Positions 39,507 to 49,501 of a stretch of 64,000 bases of DNA are shown here, one piece after another. Each line of letters begins with the position of its first letter. The stretch's first letter is position 1. The position numbers and the translations under genes are program-made. Under the pieces are notes generated by a model. The model searched no databases. It was not told the DNA's origin and was given only the letters and a program-made list of their open reading frames with translations. Source of the stretch: Opitutia bacterium. Lineage in GTDB: Bacteria; Verrucomicrobiota; Verrucomicrobiia; Opitutales; Opitutaceae. The stretch lies in NCBI GenBank assembly GCA_947478395.1, contig CANJVR010000001.1:672001-736000 (forward strand). The letters are read 5' to 3'.

Positions 39507-41156
39507 TCATTCCGATTTTTTGCGGGGCCGCGGACGGCGCCCGCCTTTTTCACTGCCAGCGTCGTCTTCGGCAAACTTCGTGGCTTTCGCGTTCAACCAG
39601 ATTTCGTCCTTCGCGTTTTTGTTTAGCCAGAAAATTTCTCCCGCATGTTCGACGAACACCGGCTTTTCGCGCGATTTCCCCGGCACTTTCAAGCCAGCAG
39701 CGACCACGGTCGCGAGCAGATCCTCCGGCGAACGCACGAGCTCAGCCGCGACGCGTTCGAGTTTACCGGCGAAGCCACCGGTCTTCGTTTCCTTAAGCAA
39801 CAAGCGTACTGCGCCCAATACATTACCGGAAACCGACGCGGCCGACTTGGGCTTGGTTACCGCCGCCACTTCGGCGGCCGGCGCAGGCGCCGGCGGAGTT
39901 TGATCCGAGGACGCGGCTGGAGCGGAGACCGTCGATTCCGACGCGGGCGCTTCCTCCCCCTTTTCACGTCCATTGATCCAGATGCCGCCGCGCTGATCCT
40001 GGTTGAGCCACCAGACATGTTCGCCGATTTCGAGGTTAACCGGCTTGTCGGCCGGTGTTGCAGGCAACACCAGACCCAGAGCGGCAAAGCTCGCCATTAA
40101 ATCCGCTTCGCTGCAGCGCAGGGCGCGCGCCAGAAAAGTCGTGCTGCCTGAACCGCCCGGTCCACGCCGATTACGGCGCATGAGCGGACGCACTTTTTCC
40201 AGGATCTCGATGCCTCCGTCGATCGGCGTGCCCAATGCCGGAGCGACTGTCGCGGGCACCGGGGCGTCGGACGCGGGCCGGTTGTCAGCTTTGGACGCGC
40301 GCGATTCCCGAGGGCGAGGCTGAAACACGGGCGCTTCAGCGCGCGGCACCCCCGCGTTCGAATCAGCCGGAGCCACGCCGACTCCCGAGGCCCCAGCGAC
40401 CTCTGCTTCCGGCGGCGCGAAAGGCGTGGCCTTCACCGTCCGGAATACAGGGCGCGGCTTCTCCTTGGTGTTGATCCACAGTTCGCCGCGGCGGTTGATG
40501 TTGAGCCAAAAAAGATCGCCGTCGAATTCGACGTAGGCGGGCGGTGAATCCTCGTCTTCAGGGACCACAAATCCGCATTCTTTCAGCGCGCCGATCACAT
40601 CGGCGTCGCTGAAATCCCATTTCTTCGCGAGATAATCGACGCCCACCGACATGCCGGGACCGCGTTGATTGCGGCGCATGTGGGGCTTCATCGCTTCGAA
40701 AAACGACGGTAGTTCCTCCTCCTGGCCGAGCTTGTCCCATTCGTCCTTCGGCGCTTCGTCTTCCTGCAATTCAGGATCGCCGTCGCGTTCCGTGTCACGC
40801 AGTCGGCGGAAACCATCTTCGGGCGCGGCTTTTTCGGCGATCACGCTCTCGGGCTTTTCCTCGGCGCTCGCGGACGGCGCTGCGGCCGTCGCGTTTTTGA
40901 ACTTAGCCTCGAATTCCGCCCGGAGTTTTTCCGCTTCCGTTTTGGCCGCGGCGGCCGCGGCATCCTGCAACGTCCAGTCACGCTGCGTCGAGCGACGCGC
41001 GAGGCCGGTGAAGGCGAGCATGTTCTCCGGTTGGCTATAAAACGAAATGATCTCCCACTCTTCTTTGCCGAGATCGTTTAAAAATTTTTCCATGAGCACG
41101 GGCGTGGCGAAACCGCCGCGGCCGCTCGTGATAACCTTATATTCCCAAAGTGACAT
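39507..41156 (-). CDS. DUF4177 N-terminal domain protein with three internal repeats of an ~80-aa domain
   Basis: WEYKVI...LNDLGKEEWEII N-terminus; repeats end in FWLNINRRGELWIN / WWLNQDQRGGIWIN / FWLNKNAKDEIWLN. Confidence 0.82.
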   Translation of the reverse strand: MSLWEYKVITSGRGGFATPVLMEKFLNDLGKEEWEIISFYSQPENMLAFTGLARRSTQRDWTLQDAAAAAAKTEAEKLRAEFEAKFKNATAAAPSASAEEKPESVIAEKAAPEDGFRRLRDTERDGDPELQEDEAPKDEWDKLGQEEELPSFFEAMKPHMRRNQRGPGMSVGVDYLAKKWDFSDADVIGALKECGFVVPEDEDSPPAYVEFDGDLFWLNINRRGELWINTKEKPRPVFRTVKATPFAPPEAEVAGASGVGVAPADSNAGVPRAEAPVFQPRPRESRASKADNRPASDAPVPATVAPALGTPIDGGIEILEKVRPLMRRNRRGPGGSGSTTFLARALRCSEADLMASFAALGLVLPATPADKPVNLEIGEHVWWLNQDQRGGIWINGREKGEEAPASESTVSAPAASSDQTPPAPAPAAEVAAVTKPKSAASVSGNVLGAVRLLLKETKTGGFAGKLERVAAELVRSPEDLLATVVAAGLKVPGKSREKPVFVEHAGEIFWLNKNAKDEIWLNAKATKFAEDDAGSEKGGRRPRPRKKSE

Positions 41157-41395
41157 AGAGAGTGGTTGAAGAAGCTAAAGTTAACCCATCCCAAATGGTC
41201 CGCAGCTTGCCGAGTCAAATCGCGCCCTCGACCGTGGTTCAAAGTCCGAGACGACGACAAAACATCGGCAGCTGAGACACCACGCCATACGATGCGGGAC
41301 GAAGCGGCTGAGGTCGCCGGTGGTCCGGGCGTATCCTCGCGCACGCAGAGACCGCCGGCCTCGTGGTTGACGACCCACAGGGCTTGCGCCAACCG

Positions 41396-42532
41396 CTACT
41401 TCGTTACCACGGACAAAAAATGGCGCAGGGCATAAGCCGTGAGCTGCCCGCCAGGTCCGGAGAGATTGTAGTCGAACGCGTGCGTGGCCCACGGCAGCGC
41501 CACAAAAACATGCGGCACGCCCGCCTCCGTGAGTTTTGCATCGAGGCGCTCGCTTTGTTTGTACCACACGAGCGTGTCGATCGCGCCGTGAATAAGCAGG
41601 GTCGGCGGCACGCCGGCGTGCGTGTGCAAGTAAGCACTCGCGCTATCGTAGGCAGCCGCGGCTGCGTCGGGCGCACCGCCGAGAAACGCGCGCAACAGTT
41701 GCGGCGATTTCAGAACGTCGTCATCGCGCGCGTATTTGTACGCGAAGAACATGTCGTGCGGCGAATACAGCGCCACCAGCCCGCGGATGGCCGGATCGTT
41801 TTCCGTGTACGCCACCGCACTGGCGATCTGCCCGCCGGCGCTCCGGCCGAGCAGGATCAGCCGGGTCGCATCGATGCCGAGTTCGGCCGCGTGACCTTTG
41901 AGCCAGGCGATCGCCGCGCGCACGTCGTCGCGTTGCGCCGGCCAGACGGCTTGGGGCGCGAGCCGATAATCGATTGCCGCGACCGCGTAGCCCTCGCGCG
42001 CGAGCCAGTGATTGAATCCGTCCAGTTGCGTGCGATCGCCGCTGTCCCAACCGCCGCCATGCACCACCAACACGCAGGGCACGCGACCGCCACCGACGGC
42101 GCTACGGTAGAAATCGAGTTCAAGCTCGCCGGAAAATTTTCTTGTTTCGATCAGCACCGACCTCGGCGCGGCATGAAAAAAACCGGCGACCGAAAACGGC
42201 GGCGCTTCGAGCGCGGGACGCGCCGGCCCGAAGGCCTGCTCCAGTGCCGCAGGTAATCCCACCGCGATCTGGCGCGCTTGCATCGAGGGCTTAAGCAAAA
42301 GTGCGGCGTCGATCAGACAAAGCACCACGATCGCTCCGCGAAAGACGCCGTGGCCGCCGAGACTGAGAACTGCGAGCAGTGCGATCAGGATGGGCCCAAG
42401 CACGAGCCAGTGACCGAAATCGCCCGCGAGGAGCGCGAGCTTCCACTCGGACCAATCCGGCGAACGAAATACCGTCAACGCACCGAGTGGCAAAAAAAGG
42501 AGGGCGAAAAAAAGCAGGATCCAGCACAGCAT
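41396..42532 (-). CDS. Membrane-anchored alpha/beta hydrolase (esterase/lipase)
   Basis: HGGGW, GRSAGG, DTLV, HAFD; N-terminal TM helices. Confidence 0.9.
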   Translation of the reverse strand: MLCWILLFFALLFLPLGALTVFRSPDWSEWKLALLAGDFGHWLVLGPILIALLAVLSLGGHGVFRGAIVVLCLIDAALLLKPSMQARQIAVGLPAALEQAFGPARPALEAPPFSVAGFFHAAPRSVLIETRKFSGELELDFYRSAVGGGRVPCVLVVHGGGWDSGDRTQLDGFNHWLAREGYAVAAIDYRLAPQAVWPAQRDDVRAAIAWLKGHAAELGIDATRLILLGRSAGGQIASAVAYTENDPAIRGLVALYSPHDMFFAYKYARDDDVLKSPQLLRAFLGGAPDAAAAAYDSASAYLHTHAGVPPTLLIHGAIDTLVWYKQSERLDAKLTEAGVPHVFVALPWATHAFDYNLSGPGGQLTAYALRHFLSVVTK

Positions 42533-42854
42533 GGGACGAATGATGCACGTAAAAGACGCCCAAAAGGAACGCCGATTCTTTCATTCCGCCCGGCCCCGAC
42601 GGCGACGCGATCAGCCCGCCAATCTGCTCTCAACCTGAAACGATTGGCTTAGCATCGGCGTGCGGCGATCGGGGAAAGCGCGTCGGCCGTCCGCTCGCAG
42701 ACACTCCGGCGCTCGCCAGCGAGCTGATTGACCTTGATGCCGAAAAATTCCGTTAGGGAATAAGTGACCTTTCGTCGGACGCGCGCCCCCAGCGAGGTAC
42801 TCCGCTAGGAAAAGTCTTTTGCATTTCTCCCGTTTTCTCGCCGCTAATCGCGTC

Positions 42855-43559
42855 ATGCGTCGTCTCGACCAGCTGCTCTCCAATCTCGGCTATTGTTCCC
42901 GCAGCGAAGCACGCGACTGGATCGATTCGGGGGCCGTGACGGTGAAGGGCGAACCCGCCAACAACGTGAGCCTCAAGGCCGCGCCCGCTGAGATCCTCGT
43001 CGACGGCGAGCCCCTCGACCATCCTGACGGCCTGCTCCTTTTGCTCAACAAACCCCTCGGTCTGGTCTGCTCGCACGAGATGCGCGAAGGTCCGAATGTC
43101 TACAGCTTGCTCCCCCCGCGCTGGCAACGGCGCAACCCGCACGTCACGAGCGTCGGCCGGCTCGACAAAGACACCAGCGGCCTGCTCCTGCTCACCGATC
43201 AAAGTGCCCTCGTGCACCGATTGACCTCGCCCAAACACAAGGTCCCGAAAATTTATCGGGCTACGCTCTCAGCTCCCGTGACTCCCGTTCGCGCGGCGGA
43301 ACTCATCGCTCTCTTCGGCGCCGGGACGCTCGTGTTGCCCGACGAGAAAATTGCGTGCGCTCCGGCGAGCCTCCAGTTTTCAACCCCAACCGAGGCGGAG
43401 CTCACGCTGACCGAGGGTCGTTATCACCAAGTGCGGCGCATGTTCGCCTGCCAGGGCCACGAAGTACTTGGGCTTCACCGCACGCATTTGGGGGCGCTCG
43501 ATCTTGGCGACCTAACCGCCGGCCAGTGGCGCGTATTGCCCCTGGATTTCTTCGGGTAA
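42855..43559 (+). CDS. RsuA-family rRNA pseudouridine synthase
   Basis: S4 domain RLDQLL...SRSEA, NKPLG, VGRLDKDTSGLLLLT, EGRYHQVRRM. Confidence 0.93.
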   Translation: MRRLDQLLSNLGYCSRSEARDWIDSGAVTVKGEPANNVSLKAAPAEILVDGEPLDHPDGLLLLLNKPLGLVCSHEMREGPNVYSLLPPRWQRRNPHVTSVGRLDKDTSGLLLLTDQSALVHRLTSPKHKVPKIYRATLSAPVTPVRAAELIALFGAGTLVLPDEKIACAPASLQFSTPTEAELTLTEGRYHQVRRMFACQGHEVLGLHRTHLGALDLGDLTAGQWRVLPLDFFG

Positions 43560-43946
43560 AATCCTGGGCTCCGAGCCCGATGCATCCGTCTCAGACCGGA
43601 CCGTAGCGCGGAGAGCTAATGTTACCTACTAGGAGGCCCCTGAAAATTATTTTGTCGTGGAGCTACTCTGCTGCGGCGGGTGGTTTTTAAACGAGCAGGT
43701 ACGCCGCCGCTCATGCCAGCACGCAGGGCGTCAGCCGCGGTGACGCCCCACTCTGCGGGCACCCCTGTCATAGGGGAAATTATGCAGACGCGACCCTCGC
43801 TTTTTCGGCGTCCCCTCGGTCAGGGGGCGGCGCCCAGACTGTTCGAAAAGCTTAGGGTCTTGAGCCTGACGAACGACGACGGGGAGCTGTTCGGTCACGA
43901 TTGGATTTCCCATCCGCGCCGTTCCCTGCAATCCGTTTCGTCTCCC

Positions 43947-44258
43947 ATGTCTGACACACCACTCACCGGCGCCCAGAAATCCAAGCTTCGCGCCCTCGGC
44001 CAGCAGCTCGACGCCACGCTTAAGGTCGGTAAGGAAGGGCTTACGCCCGCATTTTTCACCGAGCTCACCCGGGCGCTGCGCGCCAACGAGCTCGTGAAGC
44101 TGCGCTTCGTCGGCGACGCCGATCGCGACGCCCGCGCCACCCTTTGCGAGCGCATCGCAACAGAAGGACATTGCGCGTGCGTCGGCGCGGTCGGCCACAC
44201 CGCTTTGTTTCATCGTCCCCACGCAGCCAGAACACCGAGCCACCCGGTACAACCGTAG
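43947..44258 (+). CDS. yhbY: YhbY/CRM-domain RNA-binding protein
   Basis: LTGAQKSKLRALG, VGKEGLT, ELVKL, VGHTAL. Confidence 0.88.
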   Translation: MSDTPLTGAQKSKLRALGQQLDATLKVGKEGLTPAFFTELTRALRANELVKLRFVGDADRDARATLCERIATEGHCACVGAVGHTALFHRPHAARTPSHPVQP

Positions 44259-44307
44259 CTCCGCCGACGCGCAAGTTTCGCCGAGCTTCGCGTGCAAATT
44301 CGCCTGA

Positions 44308-44338
44308 AGTGAATGTCACTTAATAAGTGACATTCACT
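44308..44338. promoter_or_regulatory. Perfect 31-bp AT-rich palindrome (operator-like or repeat element)
   Basis: AGTGAATGTCACTTA-A-TAAGTGACATTCACT; all 15 arm pairs checked by hand. Function unknown. Confidence 0.6.
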
Positions 44339-44550
44339 GTAGGCTTCGCGCGGGAGCGGAGATGAAAAACGGTTGGAAGCAGTCGGCGGAGGATCGAGTG
44401 GGTTTCCGCGGGAGCAAGGTGGTTGGCGCCTTGGTGGTGCTGATTACAATCAGCTTTTCCCCTCAACTGCGCCGGCTTCAATCTTGAGTCGCGGCGGCTA
44501 CTCTCGCCCGAGATATTTCGGTAATCGGTTCGTCTTCAACCGGCCTCACC

Positions 44551-44793
44551 ATGCCTGAAACGCATTTATCCGCGGCCCCGCCGGCTCCAACCCAAGCCGC
44601 GGGCACACTCTACGGCGCGCTGGCCGATTCGCTGCAGCAGCGCATCGCGCTCGGTACGTTGCGGCCCGGTCACCGCGTTCCGCCCGTGCGCCGGATGGGG
44701 CTACAACGGGATGTCTCCATCACGACTGCGCTCCAAGCTTACGAGTTGTTCGAGAGCGCGGCCGCACTCGCCGGGTTCGTAATTTTTATTTAA
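44551..44793 (+). pseudogene. Truncated GntR/MocR-type regulator (HTH only)
   Basis: LYGALADSLQQRIALGTLRPGHRVPPVR...VSITTALQAYELFES; similarity ends abruptly and there is no effector domain. Confidence 0.7.
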
Positions 44794-44849
44794 GACCTCC
44801 TGCAAAACTCCCATCGGCCGAGCGCGGCCGCACTCCCATCGAATCCTCC

Positions 44850-45767
44850 ATGCCTGCTCCCTCCCGATCCGCGTTGGTCATTGCGTTCACGACAATTTAC
44901 CTGGTCTGGGGTAGCACGTATCTCGGCATTCGCGTGGCGATGGAGAGCATTCCGCTCTTCGCGATGGCCGGGGCGCGTTTCACTTTGGCCGGGGCACTAC
45001 TCTTGATTTGGGTGCGTTGGCGGGGAGCGCCGGCGCCGACCGCACGACAATGGGCGATCAACGGTATCGTTGGTCTTTTTCTGCTCCTCGGCGGCAACGG
45101 GCTCGTCGTCTGGGCTGAGCAGTTCATTCCGACGGGCATCACGGCGCTCTTGGTGGGGGTGAGCCCACTCTTCATCGTGCTGACCGAATGGGCCTGGCCG
45201 GGCGGTATCCGACCGTCAGCCGCGACGGCGGGAGCGCTGCTTGTCGGATTTTTCGGCGTCGCCTGGCTGGCCGCACCCTGGGAATCCGACGCACACGGCG
45301 GTCTGTATATTCCGGGCCTGATCGCGCTGCTCACTGCGTGCCTGCTGTGGTCGATCGGCTTGATCTATTCGCGCCATGCCAAACACGGCGCCGATCCCCT
45401 CGTCGCTTCCTCCCTCCAGATGTTGACCGGCGGCGCGGCGCTGCTCGTCACGGCCACGCTGCACGGCGATTTTGTCCGGCTAGATCTCGCCCAGATCACC
45501 GCTCACTCGTGGGCCGCGTTCATCTACCTGGTGTTAATTGGCTCACTGGTGGGTTTTTCGACGTTCGTCTGGCTGATGAAAAAATGCGCGCCCGCCCAAG
45601 TCGCCACGTACGCTTACGTCAACCCGGTCGTCGCGGTCTTCCTCGGCTGGCTTTTGCACCACGAGCCCATCAATTCCCGCACCCTCGTCGCCGCCGCAAT
45701 CATCGTCGCCGCCGTGGCGATGATCACGATCCAGAAAAACAGCGCGGCGAAATCCAAATCCGCCTGA
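44850..45767 (+). CDS. EamA/DMT family transporter (YedA-like)
   Basis: IYLVWGSTYLGI, GGNGLV, YAYVNPVVAV; about ten TM helices. Confidence 0.93.
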   Translation: MPAPSRSALVIAFTTIYLVWGSTYLGIRVAMESIPLFAMAGARFTLAGALLLIWVRWRGAPAPTARQWAINGIVGLFLLLGGNGLVVWAEQFIPTGITALLVGVSPLFIVLTEWAWPGGIRPSAATAGALLVGFFGVAWLAAPWESDAHGGLYIPGLIALLTACLLWSIGLIYSRHAKHGADPLVASSLQMLTGGAALLVTATLHGDFVRLDLAQITAHSWAAFIYLVLIGSLVGFSTFVWLMKKCAPAQVATYAYVNPVVAVFLGWLLHHEPINSRTLVAAAIIVAAVAMITIQKNSAAKSKSA

Positions 45768-45953
45768 CGTCGATGGGCCGCCAAGGGCTCGTCCCCAGAG
45801 CCATCAGGCCGCCTCGCGAAGACGTTGCGCAGGTTCTCCAGCGGTCCCGCGCTTGAACCGAGCGGGGCGGAACCCCGCCCCCACGTCGATCGCGAAGGTC
45901 CGACCGCTTGCGGACGCAGAAACCTGCGCTTAACTTCGCGGTCTGTTTTTCCC

Positions 45954-46403
45954 ATGAAACCCTTCGCATTTTCCGCCGCCTGCCTCGTCGCGTTGCTCTT
46001 TAGCGGGTGCAACACGATCAACCACCGCATTGAAGAAAAATCGGCCGCGTTCTCCGCGGCCGATGCGGCCACTCAGGAAAAGATCCGCCAGGGCGTCGTG
46101 GCCGTTGGTTATACCCCCGACCTGGTCTACATCGCGCTCGGTAATCCCGACCGCAAACGCCACCACACCTCCAAGGATGGCGAGGAAGAAACCTGGATCT
46201 ATAATACCTATTACCAAGAATACGCCGGCACCGCGAACACGGGGTACCGGCGCTACATCGTAGTCGATCCCCGCACGGGCCAGGCTTTTGTCTACATCGA
46301 ACCCGTCTACACCGACCTCTACCGGCAGCGACGCGAGGAAGACATCCGCGTGATATTTCAAAACGGCAAGGTGGCTGTGATCGAGCAGACGAAGGATATC
46401 TAG
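45954..46403 (+). CDS. Lipoprotein, hypothetical (SmpA/OmlA-like pattern)
   Basis: Lipobox FSGC; GYTPDLVYIALGNPD, TWIY, VIFQNGKV. Confidence 0.8.
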   Translation: MKPFAFSAACLVALLFSGCNTINHRIEEKSAAFSAADAATQEKIRQGVVAVGYTPDLVYIALGNPDRKRHHTSKDGEEETWIYNTYYQEYAGTANTGYRRYIVVDPRTGQAFVYIEPVYTDLYRQRREEDIRVIFQNGKVAVIEQTKDI

Positions 46404-46550
46404 AGCGCTTGAGCGCGAGCCGCGTGGGCGGTAAGAGGTAGGGCGCGTGATCTTGCCAGAGACGAGCAGGCCCTTGTGCGCCTCCGGCGCGGACTGTCTA
46501 TGAGGGAAAGAAGATTGTGTCGGGGCCGGCGGCGCGCATTTTCGGCGGCC

Positions 46551-46853
46551 ATGCCCCCGTCCCACCCGCCTCAAAACGGCAGCATTCATAGCGAATCGTT
46601 TTTGCGTTCGTTGATGCGCCGCCAGCTCAGCCTCTCGATCGCCTGTGCCGCCACATTTCTGGTCGCCCTGCTCGGGCTTCCGCTCCTCAACTATTTTGCG
46701 CCGGCCTTCATGGCGACGCGAGTCGCTGGTTTCACGTTGAGCTGGCTCATTGTCGGAGTGCTTTTCTTCCCCTTCGTCTGGATCATCTCCTTCGTGTTCA
46801 TCCGCCGTTCGCTGAAATTGGAAGCCGATGAGGTCAACGAGGTCAGCCGCTAA
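46551..46853 (+). CDS. DUF485 (YjcH-like) small membrane protein
   Basis: Two TM helices; lies immediately upstream of an ActP-like symporter. Confidence 0.8.
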   Translation: MPPSHPPQNGSIHSESFLRSLMRRQLSLSIACAATFLVALLGLPLLNYFAPAFMATRVAGFTLSWLIVGVLFFPFVWIISFVFIRRSLKLEADEVNEVSR

Positions 46854-46856
46854 ACC

Positions 46857-48668
46857 ATGAATCTCCCTCTCGCTTTTTTCAACGGCGTCGATCCCTGGAT
46901 TTTCGCTTTCTCCTTCGTCACCGTCGCCGTGACGCTCTGGATGGGCTTTCGCTCGGCCAAGAACTCCAAGACCGCCAGCGATTTTTTCGTCGCCGGGCGC
47001 TCCGTTTCAGTGGGCTGGAACGCCTCGGCCATCTCGGGTGAATATCTCTCGGCCGCCTCATTCATGGGCATCGCCGGCATGGTGATGTCATCCGGCTACG
47101 ATGCGCTGTGGTACCCGGTTTGTTATGCGTGCGGCTATCTTTTCCTGCTCCTATTCATCGCCGGACCACTGCGCCGTTTCGGGGCCTACACGATTCCGGA
47201 CTTCGCCGAAGGTCGTTTCGATTCGCCCGTCTTCCGCAAGATAGCCGTCTGCTTCGTGCTGTTCATTGGATTTTTCTACACGATGCCGCAGATGAAAGGC
47301 GCTGGCGTGACACTCGCTTATATTTTTCCCGGACTGCCGTATTGGGTCGGCGTCGTGCTCGTCGGCGCGGTCATCACGTTGAACGTTTCCCTCGGCGGCA
47401 TGAAAGGCATCACGCTCGTGCAGGCGTTCCAATATTGGATCAAGCTCTTCGCCATCACTGTGCCGATTTTTGTACTGATGTCCGTGGTTGGATTCTACAA
47501 CGGCCAGATCGGCGCCAATGTCGCGCCCGGCGAAACCGCCCCACTCGCGTCCAACTCGTCGGTGGAGCGCAAGCCCCTCGTTGAAAAAGCGCCGAAGGAC
47601 ACGGCTTGGATCGCGCCGTTCGGACCGCTGACGACGAAGGCCGTCACCGCCGCCGCCGCGACTCTCCCGGTCGAACAGCGCGCCGCCTACCTCGCCGAGC
47701 ACCAGAAGCCCTATTCGTTGCTCTACACCTATTCCCTGATCATCGCGCTCGTCTGTGGCACGGCCGGTCTGCCGCACATCTTGGTGCGGTTCTACACGAA
47801 TCCCGATGGCGTCGCCGCCAAGCGCACCACCATGTGGGTCATGATTCTAATCGGCGTATTCTATGTATTTCCGCCGATCTTCGGTGTGATCGGGCGTAAT
47901 CTATTACCCGAACTTTATTCCGGTATTGGGGCGAAGGGCACGGACAAGATCGTGCTCGAACTGCCCACGCTGCTCGGCCAGCGCTTCGGGGTGCTTGGCT
48001 CCATCCTGAGCGGCATCACCTGCGCGGGCGCGTTTGCCGCGTTCATGAGCACGTTCAGCGGCCTGCTTGTTTCGATGACGGGTGCACTCGCCCATGATGT
48101 CTACGGCCGCATGCTCCGGCCCCAATCGACACCCACCGAACGACTCTTTGCGTTCAAGGTGTCAGCCGTGCTCATTGGCGGCGTTGCCATCGTGCTCGGC
48201 TGTTTTGTCGAGCTCCTCGAAATCAACTTCATGGTCGGACAGGCCTTCGCCATCGCCGCCGCGAGTTATTTCCCGCTGCTCTTCATGAGCGTCTGGTGGC
48301 GCGGCATGACGATGAAAGGCGCAGCCACCGGCATGCTAGCGGGCGGACTTTGCGCACTCATCGCCGCGGCCCTGACGAATCTCGCCACACTGGCCCTCGA
48401 CAAAGGGCCAATGGGAAAACTCTTCGCGAGCTTCAAAGGCATGAACGATTTCTGGGCCCAGCACCCACTGCTGCGCATCCTTTGCGAACAACCCGCGATC
48501 TGGAGCGTGCCGCTCGCCATCACGCTCATGATCGTAGTGTCGAAGCTGACCGCCGCGAGCGTGCCGGCCGATATCCGCATGAAAATGCTCGTGCTCCACG
48601 CGCCCGAGCAGCTCGGCCTCAAGCAGGAATACATTCAGGAGCACCAGGCCGGATTGCCCGGGCATTGA
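46857..48668 (+). CDS. Sodium:solute symporter, cation/acetate symporter (ActP-like)
   Basis: DFFVAGR, AISGEYLSAASF, GTAGLPHILVRFYT, AFAIAAAS. Confidence 0.92.
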   Translation: MNLPLAFFNGVDPWIFAFSFVTVAVTLWMGFRSAKNSKTASDFFVAGRSVSVGWNASAISGEYLSAASFMGIAGMVMSSGYDALWYPVCYACGYLFLLLFIAGPLRRFGAYTIPDFAEGRFDSPVFRKIAVCFVLFIGFFYTMPQMKGAGVTLAYIFPGLPYWVGVVLVGAVITLNVSLGGMKGITLVQAFQYWIKLFAITVPIFVLMSVVGFYNGQIGANVAPGETAPLASNSSVERKPLVEKAPKDTAWIAPFGPLTTKAVTAAAATLPVEQRAAYLAEHQKPYSLLYTYSLIIALVCGTAGLPHILVRFYTNPDGVAAKRTTMWVMILIGVFYVFPPIFGVIGRNLLPELYSGIGAKGTDKIVLELPTLLGQRFGVLGSILSGITCAGAFAAFMSTFSGLLVSMTGALAHDVYGRMLRPQSTPTERLFAFKVSAVLIGGVAIVLGCFVELLEINFMVGQAFAIAAASYFPLLFMSVWWRGMTMKGAATGMLAGGLCALIAAALTNLATLALDKGPMGKLFASFKGMNDFWAQHPLLRILCEQPAIWSVPLAITLMIVVSKLTAASVPADIRMKMLVLHAPEQLGLKQEYIQEHQAGLPGH

Positions 48669-48677
48669 ACCCACGAG

Positions 48678-48707
48678 GTGGAGCGTGTTGCCCTCAACGC
48701 GCTCCAC
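48678..48707. repeat. Short REP-like palindrome
   Basis: gtggagcgtgttg-ccct-caacgcgctccac between convergent genes; related to gcgcgttgacgcccaacgcgc near 23055. Confidence 0.6.
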
Positions 48708-48717
48708 TTAGAGCGGT

Positions 48718-49434
48718 TTAAACTTTTTCGTCGCGGTTTGGTGTAGCGGCTACGCTTTCGCTCGAACCACCCTCGAACAGGCGGGCCCCATCGGCGAGGC
48801 CTTGCGTCAATCGCCCCAAAAACTCCGACCTTTCCACTTCCCGAGCACCGAGACGTTCCATGTGCGGGGTGAGCTGTTGGATATCCATCCACTCCGCACC
48901 GCGGGCGCGCAGGTACGACGCGAGATGCAGGATCGCGAGCTTCGAGGCATTATCAACGCGGTGAAACATGCTCTCGCCACCAAACACTCCCCCGGAATCG
49001 ACGCCGTAAAGTCCGCCCACCAGTTCGCCGTCACGCCAGACTTCCACACTGTGCGCCACACCGGCGACATGCAGCTCGGTATAGGCCGACAACACGGCCG
49101 GATGGATCCAGGTGCCTTCATCCTCCGCGCGGGCCGCGGCGGCGCACGCGGCGATCACCGCGGGAAACGCCCGGTCGATTGAATAACTCCAGCCGCTTTT
49201 CCGGGCCGCTTTCTCGAGCGTACGCCCAGCGGTGAGTTCCGCGAAAACCAGGATCGCCCGCACGCGCGGACAGCACCACGGGATCGGCGCGCCGGCCCGG
49301 CCCGGCCAGGGAAAAATTCCGCGGCGATATGCGGCCCGCAAATTTTCGACCGTCAGGGCCGAAGCATGGGTGCGCGCGACTACCTCCGGCCCACGGACGA
49401 GTTTGTCCGGCGCGGGAAATATGAGCGCAGCCAT
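48718..49434 (-). CDS. aat: Leucyl/phenylalanyl-tRNA--protein transferase
   Basis: AYRRGIFPW, GTWI, AHSVEVW, LVGGLYGV, GESMF, NASK. Confidence 0.95.
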   Translation of the reverse strand: MAALIFPAPDKLVRGPEVVARTHASALTVENLRAAYRRGIFPWPGRAGAPIPWCCPRVRAILVFAELTAGRTLEKAARKSGWSYSIDRAFPAVIAACAAAARAEDEGTWIHPAVLSAYTELHVAGVAHSVEVWRDGELVGGLYGVDSGGVFGGESMFHRVDNASKLAILHLASYLRARGAEWMDIQQLTPHMERLGAREVERSEFLGRLTQGLADGARLFEGGSSESVAATPNRDEKV

Positions 49435-49501
49435 GGTAAGCCGTGATTTTTTCGGTCCGGGTGGGTCCGCTCGCTCGCGCGCGGCCTACACCGAAAAACC
49501 T

